Shown one piece after another: positions 7,767 to 14,867 of a DNA stretch of 51,406 nt (the stretch's first letter is position 1; each line of letters begins with the position of its first letter). Source of the DNA: a virus; IMG/VR virus record IMGVR_UViG_3300049811_000206, positions 1-51,406 of that record. One strand, written 5' to 3'. The notes beneath the pieces are model-generated. The model saw only the letters and a program-made list of their open reading frames with translations, made no database searches and was not told where the DNA came from. The position numbers and the translations under genes were made by a program.

Positions 7767-9565
7767 GACGTGGTGGACATGGCCGCGTCAACGTCCATGG
7801 GTAGGAATTTATGGGGGTAGGCTGCGCACATGATCCGTTTTAACTCGGGCAAAATGTCGGTTTCGCTTTCATGGATTTCCAGCAACAAACTGTCATGCAC
7901 TTGCAACAAAAGGCGCGATTTTTTGCGCGTGGAAACAAGGAAATCGTGCACGTTGTTCATGGCGAATTTGGCAATATCGGCCACCCCGCCTTGAATCAAC
8001 GTGTTGGGGGCCTTGTAGCAAAATTCGGGGTTATTGAAATAGTTCACTCGCCCCGCCCAATTCACGATATAGCCGCGATTTTCGGCCACGCTGGTGACGG
8101 CACGAATGAATTTGCTGACCTGTGGAAGGCGCTCAAAGTATTGGTCACGCAAAGCACGGGCTTTTCCCAGCGATATTTTCAAGGCGGTGGCGAGTTTCCC
8201 CGGGCCGCCCCCATACAACAGCATGAAATTGATTGTTTTGGCTTCCTGGCGTTCCACACCCATGGTTTTTCCCGTGGCCGTGTGAACGTCAAGCCCTTCA
8301 AGGATTTGATTGATTACAGACATTTCCCCCGCATAGTCCAGCATAAGCCTATATTCCGCCTGACTGTAATCTAATTCGGCCAGCTGAAACCCGGGGCGGG
8401 CAATGACGGCACGCTTGACGGGAAAAACTTCGTCCGCCGATTCTTCTTTCGGAACGTTTTGCATGTTTGGTTCCGACATGCTCATGCGTCCGGTTTCCGT
8501 CCCGCCTTGCCGAATGTTTGCATGAAGCACGCCGTTTTCGTCTGCATACTCCAAGAAATTGGCGTAATAGGTGAACGCCTTTTTGTGGGCCGCTCTAATT
8601 TGTTGAACCAATTTGGCCACAGGGGTGGAAAAGCCTTCTAGCACTTCGTCGGTGAAAGACGGATTTCCCTTTTCGGTCAGTGGGTATTTTTCCCCCATTT
8701 TCGTGAAGGCTTCTTTAAGCACCTTCGGCCCGTCCACAAATTCCAGCCCTGTGACTGCCTTGAATTCGTGCATGGCGTTGGCTTCCCGGCTTTCCTCATA
8801 AGCCTTGGCCCGTCTGCAATACTCAAGGTCAAGCTGTAATCCAACCTGTTCCATGGCAAAGCATGTTTTGATTAGCTTGCGCTCATTGGCGGCTAGGCCC
8901 GAGGGCCGGGGCACGTTGACCGGCACCATGGCGTCAAGTTTCTTCAATTCTTCCAGCTGTGAAATCCCCACCAGCCTGGTGATTTCCCCGTCTGTGCAAC
9001 CATAGGGGGCAATCACGTCCAAGGGCACCCGATCATAATGGGGCACCTTCTCTTTTTTCTTTTTGCCGGGGAAAAGCTTTGGGGTGAATAGCCCGTGCTC
9101 GGCAATGAAGTCTTCCACTGCCGTGCTTTTTTCCCGCCCAATTTGCTTCGAAAGGGCGTCAAGGCCATATTGAAACATGTCGTTTCGAACAATCCGCCCT
9201 TGGGTTTCGGTATCGTGGACGGTGCCAGCGATTGAAAGCCCTTCCCGGGCCAGCATGGCAAGGTCAAACTTGGCATTGGCCAAAAACCAATAGCTATCGG
9301 GGTTGCTGAAAATTTCTTGTAGCCGGGCCAACCACTCGCGCGGCAACCACCATTCTTCCGGCAGGTCATACCACTGGCCAGCCACGTATTCCTTGGGGTT
9401 GAAATTCAGATAGAAGCTCTCGGTTGCATCGGCAAGGATGACAGAAAAAAGCCTGTCACCCTGGTAGGGGCGCAGGCCAGTGGTTTCCGTGTCCGTGCCA
9501 TACATTCCCGCGTCTTTGAAGCGGGCAAGCACTTGGTCAAACTGATTTCTTTGGATTAGTGACAT
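7736..9565 (-). CDS. Family A DNA polymerase with 3'-5' exonuclease domain
   Basis: Exo motifs are DTETTGL, NAKFDL and YGCTDGE. Pol motif A is DYSQAEYRLM, motif B is RQEAKTINFMLLYG and motif C is LLLQVHDSLLLE. Confidence 0.95.
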   Translation of the reverse strand: MSLIQRNQFDQVLARFKDAGMYGTDTETTGLRPYQGDRLFSVILADATESFYLNFNPKEYVAGQWYDLPEEWWLPREWLARLQEIFSNPDSYWFLANAKFDLAMLAREGLSIAGTVHDTETQGRIVRNDMFQYGLDALSKQIGREKSTAVEDFIAEHGLFTPKLFPGKKKKEKVPHYDRVPLDVIAPYGCTDGEITRLVGISQLEELKKLDAMVPVNVPRPSGLAANERKLIKTCFAMEQVGLQLDLEYCRRAKAYEESREANAMHEFKAVTGLEFVDGPKVLKEAFTKMGEKYPLTEKGNPSFTDEVLEGFSTPVAKLVQQIRAAHKKAFTYYANFLEYADENGVLHANIRQGGTETGRMSMSEPNMQNVPKEESADEVFPVKRAVIARPGFQLAELDYSQAEYRLMLDYAGEMSVINQILEGLDVHTATGKTMGVERQEAKTINFMLLYGGGPGKLATALKISLGKARALRDQYFERLPQVSKFIRAVTSVAENRGYIVNWAGRVNYFNNPEFCYKAPNTLIQGGVADIAKFAMNNVHDFLVSTRKKSRLLLQVHDSLLLEIHESETDILPELKRIMCAAYPHKFLPMDVDAAMSTTSWADKKKVSL

Positions 9566-9722
9566 TTTTACCCATGGCTTCTGTCAGCAAAGTGTCCACA
9601 ACAAGGCTTTCCGTGCATCCGTGCTTTTTGGCTTGTTTCTTGACCCATGACTTCACGGTTGCCTTGACATACACGAAAAGCACGGTGTTACGCTTGGCCG
9701 CTGCTTTTTTCAACACGTCCAT
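9537..9722 (-). CDS. Small ribbon-helix-helix-like protein
   Basis: 61 aa with a strand VLFVYV followed by two helices (ATVKSWVKKQAKKHG, TESLVVDTLLTEAM), which is an Arc/CopG-like pattern. It overlaps both neighbours. Confidence 0.45.
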   Translation of the reverse strand: MDVLKKAAAKRNTVLFVYVKATVKSWVKKQAKKHGCTESLVVDTLLTEAMGKNVTNPKKSV

Positions 9723-10449
9723 TTTTCAAAACCCCTACAGTGAAAGGCGCTGAAGCTGTTTCCTCCGCTACCTGCGAAGCCTTCACAGTTTTCAGCCAAA
9801 GTTTCAAAACACCGTCCCAATAGAACCCACGCGCTTTAGCTTCCCCCGTGCTTTTTCCGCCGTCAACCCAGGGTTTTTCAGTTTGGGCCACCAGCTGAAT
9901 GTTTTCTTCTTTCGACCGTGCAAGCACATGTTCAGCGTCATAATGGGATAGCACAGAAAACATAGTGAGAACATCGAACACCGCACGGTGCGCGAACGGA
10001 TTCAAAAACCCATGTTCAGCTGCAAGGTGGGTTAGTTTTCTGGTTTTCACGTGCGCCGGGAACGGAATATCAAGCTGGGTGTCAATCCAATGCAGGGCAG
10101 GGATTTCCACGCCCCAACGCTTGGCGTAATTTTCAAGCAACGGCTTGTCAAATCCTGTTCCATTGTGGGCAACAACAGCCTGCAAACCTTCGGCCTCAAG
10201 GTGTGCCACAAGGTCATTCAAGGCACATACCGGGGACACGCCCCAATCCTCTAAAACGGGATTGGTCAGGCCCGTCAGGAATTCAATATCAGGCGAAAGC
10301 GTTGGCATGTTTTCGTGCCACACCAGCGTGCTGAAAATGCGAAGCGGGGCCTTGGTTGCCGTGTCCCAAAGCACGCCCCCGATTTCCGTGATTTCCGCAG
10401 TGGTTACGTCAACGCTATTGGTTTCAAAGTCAATTCCGAACAAAAGCAT
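9688..10449 (-). CDS. DEDDh (DnaQ-like) 3'-5' exonuclease with a short C-terminal extension
   Basis: ExoI is GIDFETN, ExoII is AHNGTGFDKPLL and ExoIII is HRAVFDV. The C-terminal GEAKARGFYWDGVLKLWLKTV resembles the AK-x-x-G-A-x-WD-x-x-x-K-x-W module. Confidence 0.85.
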   Translation of the reverse strand: MLLFGIDFETNSVDVTTAEITEIGGVLWDTATKAPLRIFSTLVWHENMPTLSPDIEFLTGLTNPVLEDWGVSPVCALNDLVAHLEAEGLQAVVAHNGTGFDKPLLENYAKRWGVEIPALHWIDTQLDIPFPAHVKTRKLTHLAAEHGFLNPFAHRAVFDVLTMFSVLSHYDAEHVLARSKEENIQLVAQTEKPWVDGGKSTGEAKARGFYWDGVLKLWLKTVKASQVAEETASAPFTVGVLKNGRVEKSSGQA

Positions 10450-10575
10450 TTTGCACCCTTTCAGGAAAGAACAGGTGGCTTGCAGCTGCTACCCAACAAG
10501 CCACCTGCCTAGCAGTAACGGGTTTAGGTTGGTCGGGCCTCATGACCCTAGAACCATGCTGACCCGCTGGCGCTA

Positions 10576-11409
10576 TCAGAATTGCCGCGTTGCGGCAGTT
10601 TCGGGATCAATCGCCGGGCTATTGCCAATTCCACCGGCTTCCGCTTCAAGGTCGGTGTCCATGACGCGCACGGTGGCCGTGCTGATGATTTGATACCAGT
10701 CATGGGCTGCCTTGATTTCCTCGGGCGTGCTTTGCCGCGACATGGCCGCGTCAAACACGTAGAAGGTGCCCTTGTCGTTTTCCTGCTTTTTGCACGAAAG
10801 CGCAAAGACGCGGCTAGCCGTGGGTTGGTTGGCAAGTTTCAGCTTGGTGAAATAGGTCACCAGCTTTTTGCCTGCCGTGTAGCTTGTGCGGCGCATGCTG
10901 ACCAAGTAGGGGAAGGCTTCGCCCGAAGCGATTTGGCTGGGCAACAGGCAATAGAAATTCAACGCCCTGTCACGCCTGACTTTCAACCCGCCCATGACTT
11001 CTTCCATAGGCCAATTTTGGTTGGCCGCCGTCATGGGTTCTTGGCGCACGTATTCCATGCTTCCCGTGTTGTTCTTGTCTTCAAAAATAATCCACGTTTT
11101 AGTGGTTTTGAAAACAATGATTTCCACAGGGGTGTTTTTGTCCCCGATCACCTGACCATTCAGGTTGTCAAGCATGTCACCAATGCGGGCTTTTTCGTCT
11201 GTCACAGCCTGGGAAAGCCCTTGCATTAGCAAAATCTTGGGCAACAAAATATCGTCAGCGCTGATTTCTTCGGCACCCCACGCCGTATTCGGCACCGTGG
11301 GAAGCACATTAGCAGAAGCGGCCACAGGCAAATTTTCTTCCTTCACTTCCACCGCTGGGGCCTCGGGCTTGGGCATTTCCATCTTGATTTGAACACCTTG
11401 ATTTTCCAT
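10576..11409 (-). CDS. Hypothetical protein; possible ssDNA-binding or recombination-associated protein
   Basis: AAAGGAAA RBS. 277 aa. It lies between the exonuclease and recombination-like genes. The C-terminus is acidic and ends in Phe (DTDLEAEAGG...ETAATRQF). The function is a guess. Confidence 0.3.
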   Translation of the reverse strand: MENQGVQIKMEMPKPEAPAVEVKEENLPVAASANVLPTVPNTAWGAEEISADDILLPKILLMQGLSQAVTDEKARIGDMLDNLNGQVIGDKNTPVEIIVFKTTKTWIIFEDKNNTGSMEYVRQEPMTAANQNWPMEEVMGGLKVRRDRALNFYCLLPSQIASGEAFPYLVSMRRTSYTAGKKLVTYFTKLKLANQPTASRVFALSCKKQENDKGTFYVFDAAMSRQSTPEEIKAAHDWYQIISTATVRVMDTDLEAEAGGIGNSPAIDPETAATRQF

Positions 11410-11455
11410 TCACGTTTCCTTTCATTGCTTCACTATTCCAAGCGCACCATGCGCT

Positions 11456-12175
11456 TTAGGCCAAAATCACGCCCTTAACACCCTTGTCCGCCAAGTATTG
11501 GGCGATTCTTTGCACCGCCGTGCGCTGCCATTCCCCGCCGTCAGCTTCATGCAGCGATACCACGGGCAATTCACTTTCCCGCTGGTGTAGGCGCAAAATA
11601 AACGGGCATTCCACTTGTTGGATTTCAGGGAAGGCACGGCGCGGGGCCAGCACAACCGGGTTTTTGATTGCAACCTTGTCTTCCAGCACAGCCCCCACCT
11701 TCCGATTGACGGTTTGCGTAATTCCATCGTCAAGCGAAGTGGTGACCTTCTCGGCTCGGATTGTCCCCAGCGTTGCAAGGATTTTTTCCTTGTCGGTGGT
11801 GTTGGCAAACCGGGCCTGAAGAAACACAAGGAAGTCTTCAATGCTGACCTTTTCGCCAAAGGGGAAAGGCTTGGTGTCATATTGAGCGAAAACCGGACGC
11901 TGCCGCGTTCCTTCATTCCAAAAAATTTCCTCCAAGACATTCACCACGCTGGGGCTTTCCACGTGGATTGAAAAGCGTTCGGCACCTTCGGTTTCCACGC
12001 CGTCAATTTGTTCAGCCAAATAGGTCACAAGGGAATCAAGCGTGTGAAGTTTTAAACCTTGGGCCATGGGGGGCACAATCCGGTCAAGCTTTTGCGTTGC
12101 ATAGGTGCCGCCCAAGACTTCAACGCAGGGTTCCGGGCGCAGGGAAAGGATTCTGTCAATAGCTTCCCGAATCAT
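11456..12175 (-). CDS. Hypothetical protein
   Basis: 239-aa ORF. ATG 12175 overlaps the upstream stop (ATGA). Confidence 0.7.
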   Translation of the reverse strand: MIREAIDRILSLRPEPCVEVLGGTYATQKLDRIVPPMAQGLKLHTLDSLVTYLAEQIDGVETEGAERFSIHVESPSVVNVLEEIFWNEGTRQRPVFAQYDTKPFPFGEKVSIEDFLVFLQARFANTTDKEKILATLGTIRAEKVTTSLDDGITQTVNRKVGAVLEDKVAIKNPVVLAPRRAFPEIQQVECPFILRLHQRESELPVVSLHEADGGEWQRTAVQRIAQYLADKGVKGVILA

Positions 12176-12507
12176 ACTTCCACTTCCTTCATGGCAACCA
12201 CGTTTTCAGAATCGCCACGGCGCTGCACAAGGGTGGTTTCCCCGTCTTTGCCTTCGGTCATGTGGGCAGTGACAAGAAGCGGCTTCACAGGGGCAAGCTT
12301 TGATTCGCATTTGATTGTGGCGCTGCACGTTTCCCGGGCTTCGTCAGCTGCGAAAATAAAGGAAAGCGTGATTTTGCGCTTTGCATCGTGCTTTGTGTTC
12401 ACGTCCTGCATGTTTTTCAGCACGGCTTCCAATTCGCGTTGGAACAATTCCGAAGCGGCCCCGTTGCCAATACTGCCCAAGCTAACTTCCGTCCATTTCG
12501 TCTTCAT
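12172..12507 (-). CDS. Hypothetical protein
   Basis: ATG 12507 is preceded by GAAAGGAAGA. The ORF track start at 12579 has no RBS. Confidence 0.65.
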   Translation of the reverse strand: MKTKWTEVSLGSIGNGAASELFQRELEAVLKNMQDVNTKHDAKRKITLSFIFAADEARETCSATIKCESKLAPVKPLLVTAHMTEGKDGETTLVQRRGDSENVVAMKEVEV

Positions 12508-12559
12508 GATTCTTCCTTTCAAAAGCGTGCGACATTGCACACCGTGTGCAGTGTAACAA

Positions 12560-13003
12560 TCAGCCCTTACGCATGCCAAGCGTTGTCACAAGCTTGGGTT
12601 CGGCGATACCGGGCACGGTGAAATCAGGGTTGCCTTGCTCAAGGGCGGCTTCCATTTCGCGCTTATACCAGCTGTTGAGGGTTTGGCTGTTGACCGTAAT
12701 CAATTCGTCAAAAATACCCCGCTGGCGCAAGTGTCCAAAAAAAGCTTCGCGCTCCGAACCGTCTTTGGGAACGGTGACGGTGAAACGGTTTTGCTTGAAA
12801 AGTGTGCCGTGGCCCGCTACGGCAAACTTGTCCATGTCGTATTCGTCCATGCAGGCAATGACTTTTGACTTCAGACTTTCCACGATTTGGCTTTGGTTTT
12901 TGGCCTCGGCTTCGATGCGTTCCAGCTTCCCTTTTTCTTCCCAAATTTGGGCGCATAGGGTTTGGAAATCGGCAAGCGTAATGCTTTGGGCGGGCGTGTT
13001 CAT
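12560..13003 (-). CDS. Hypothetical protein, Siphovirus Gp157-like by architecture
   Basis: An N-terminal coiled coil is followed by ...FTVTVPKDG...LNSWYKREMEAALEQGNPDFTVPGIAEPKLVTTLGMRKG. This resembles the Gp157 family pattern (a ...G..iPG... tail ending in basic residues). The call is from recall, not a search. Confidence 0.4.
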   Translation of the reverse strand: MNTPAQSITLADFQTLCAQIWEEKGKLERIEAEAKNQSQIVESLKSKVIACMDEYDMDKFAVAGHGTLFKQNRFTVTVPKDGSEREAFFGHLRQRGIFDELITVNSQTLNSWYKREMEAALEQGNPDFTVPGIAEPKLVTTLGMRKG

Positions 13004-13401
13004 GCTTCGTTTCCCCTTTCAAATGTTTCAATGATATTGCCTTTGACCGCAGTGGCCACGGCAACGGCGCGTTTTTTGCTTGAATAGGCGGTGGGCGATT
13101 CCTCGAAAGGCCCCGGGCTTTTAACAATAAACCAGCTGCGTACGTTTTCGTTTCGGCGCACTACAACGCGCGTAGCCATGGCCCGCGATTCCTCGGGAAT
13201 GCTGAACACGTCGGCAATGGCCCACATGATTTCACCATTCTTGGAATGCCCAATTTTCTTCAGACGCCCGCGCTTTGCCATTTCCGCGCAACGCGCGGTG
13301 GCGGCTTGCATTTTTAGTTTGGCGTTGATTTGGGCGCTGGTGTGGGGGCCGCGTTTCGATAGCAAATCTAAAATGCGCTCAGTGTTCGGCTTGGCTTTCA
13401 T
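13000..13401 (-). CDS. Putative winged-helix DNA-binding protein
   Basis: The N-terminal TERILDLLSKRGPHTSAQINAKL...RCAEMAKRGRLKKIG is wHTH-like. Its SD is sequestered in an upstream hairpin. Confidence 0.5.
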   Translation of the reverse strand: MKAKPNTERILDLLSKRGPHTSAQINAKLKMQAATARCAEMAKRGRLKKIGHSKNGEIMWAIADVFSIPEESRAMATRVVVRRNENVRSWFIVKSPGPFEESPTAYSSKKRAVAVATAVKGNIIETFERGNEA

Positions 13402-13405
13402 TTTG

Positions 13406-13431
13406 TTTCCTCAAATTGAGAAGTGAGGAAA
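13406..13431 (-). promoter_or_regulatory. SD-sequestering hairpin in front of 13000..13401
   Basis: The minus strand reads TTTCCTCActtctcaattTGAGGAAAcaaaATG. The 8-bp stem pairs the GAGGAAA ribosome-binding site. A second hairpin (GCTTGCA/TGCAAGC, 13443-13460) lies just upstream. Confidence 0.45.
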
Positions 13432-13461
13432 CCTTACCAAACGCTTGCAGGTATGCAAGCA

Positions 13462-13818
13462 CTATTTCATTTCGTCAATTCTATCCTTCAACGCGCGGTT
13501 TTCAGACAGTAATTTTTTCCGCTCCGCGCTAAGTATGGCAAGCTGGCCTTCATAGGCAAGGGCCAAAAAGGCGACCGTTTGGGCGGGGAACCACAGGTAT
13601 AGGCCATTTCGGATTTCCTCACCCACCTGGGGACTAGCCAAATCGGGAAGGGCGAGGGCGTCAACACCCAGCGTTTGTTTCAGGCGTGTTGCATCCATGG
13701 GCGTGGCAGTCACAAGCTTGGCCCCCAACGTCTTTGCCATGTCCGCAACATGGGCAGGCCAGTGGCGAGATTCCCGGGCATTCATTCCTATCAACGTCCA
13801 CATTTCCGCGCTGTTCAT
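13462..13818 (-). CDS. Hypothetical protein with C-terminal coiled coil
   Basis: 118 aa. GGAG lies 9 nt upstream of ATG 13818. An in-frame TAA sits immediately upstream of the ATG. Confidence 0.65.
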   Translation of the reverse strand: MNSAEMWTLIGMNARESRHWPAHVADMAKTLGAKLVTATPMDATRLKQTLGVDALALPDLASPQVGEEIRNGLYLWFPAQTVAFLALAYEGQLAILSAERKKLLSENRALKDRIDEMK

Positions 13819-13915
13819 TTAGCTTCACTCCAAAGGTGCGTTCCCAGCCTTCACGCCATTTTTCATTGGTAACCTGTAACCTACGGTTTGCCCGTGATTT
13901 CATGCTTTCGCTCAT
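13661..13915 (-). CDS. Possible small protein overlapping 13462..13818 out of frame
   Basis: GGAAGGA RBS lies 6 nt before ATG 13915. The N-terminus MSESMKSRANRRLQVTNEKWREGWERTFG looks protein-like. The Cys/His-rich remainder is encoded in the alternate frame of the next gene. Confidence 0.3.
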   Translation of the reverse strand: MSESMKSRANRRLQVTNEKWREGWERTFGVKLNEQRGNVDVDRNECPGISPLACPCCGHGKDVGGQACDCHAHGCNTPETNAGC

Positions 13916-14008
13916 AAGTGTTCCTTCCAATCACAGCAAGGGCACCACACCATATCATCTTCGAGACAAACAGGCGCACCACAATAAGGGCAAACCCCGG
14001 GCAGCCAA

Positions 14009-14227
14009 TTACTCATTGACGCTAACCCCCAACGTAAGGTGGCCTTGGTCCGTGTATCGCATAAGATTTTGCATCCCGTTTTCAAGGATTGTCAGCTTGA
14101 CCGAAGCCTGCAAAACAGCACACTGTTCAGCATTCAAATCCCACCAAGCGCACTTTTGCCCGATACAGCGGCAATCGTCTGCCCGTTGCGCCGTGACGGA
14201 TAGGATAGGGCAAAAGCGGGTTGTCAT
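14009..14227 (-). CDS. Small Cys-rich hypothetical protein
   Basis: 72 aa. ATG 14227 overlaps the upstream stop. Confidence 0.55.
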   Translation of the reverse strand: MTTRFCPILSVTAQRADDCRCIGQKCAWWDLNAEQCAVLQASVKLTILENGMQNLMRYTDQGHLTLGVSVNE

Positions 14228-14688
14228 TTTTGCACCCTATATTTTGCGCATTCATTCAAAAGCGCTTTGGCTTCCATTTCCCATTTTTCCCACAACGTCC
14301 GGTCACCAGCCTTTGGCGAGGAAATACCGCGCAAGGCGCGTTCCAAAAGATTACTTGCCGCGCGGATCAATTCGGGCTTGGTTGCTTCCTTGGGGGCCTT
14401 GTCAAGCTTACGTGGCAGAAATTCGGTAACGTCCCACACAATGGCCGTTTGCCCGGTCAATGCACATTGCGCCTCACCCACTTCCATGACCACGCCCATA
14501 TCACGCAATTCCGTCAGGCGGGCACATACCGACCCTTTCACAATCGCGTTTGGTATTCCGGCGAATAGTTCACCGGCTGTTTTTGGCCCATGCAGGTATA
14601 GCCTTTCATACACAACAAAGCGGGCCTTGGACAAAAGCCCTTCGTCACGTATGCGGTGATAGGCTTCAATGCTGGTGCGGCGCGTCAT
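14224..14688 (-). CDS. Putative winged-helix (MarR-like) DNA-binding protein
   Basis: ATG 14688 overlaps the upstream TGA (ATGA) and follows AAGGTGG. SIEAYHRI...VVYERLYLHGPKTAGEL...VCARLTELRDMGVVMEVG is wHTH-like. The ORF track start is 14718. Confidence 0.55.
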   Translation of the reverse strand: MTRRTSIEAYHRIRDEGLLSKARFVVYERLYLHGPKTAGELFAGIPNAIVKGSVCARLTELRDMGVVMEVGEAQCALTGQTAIVWDVTEFLPRKLDKAPKEATKPELIRAASNLLERALRGISSPKAGDRTLWEKWEMEAKALLNECAKYRVQK

Positions 14689-14867
14689 TTGTCCACCTTT
14701 TCCGTGTACTCTTTGCATGCTTCAGCCAATGCGCTGAATATTTCTTGCCAATCGTTAGTAATACAGCGCAACCATTTGAAAATCACGTCATGCACTCCGT
14801 TTTGAATCACGCATAGTGTGTGCTTTTCACAGCTGTAGCACGAACGTGTTTTGCATACGCTATTCAT
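14685..14867 (-). CDS. Small Cys-rich hypothetical protein
   Basis: ATG 14867 overlaps the helicase TGA (ATGA). The protein begins MNSVCKTRSCYSCEKHTLC. Confidence 0.55.
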   Translation of the reverse strand: MNSVCKTRSCYSCEKHTLCVIQNGVHDVIFKWLRCITNDWQEIFSALAEACKEYTEKVDK

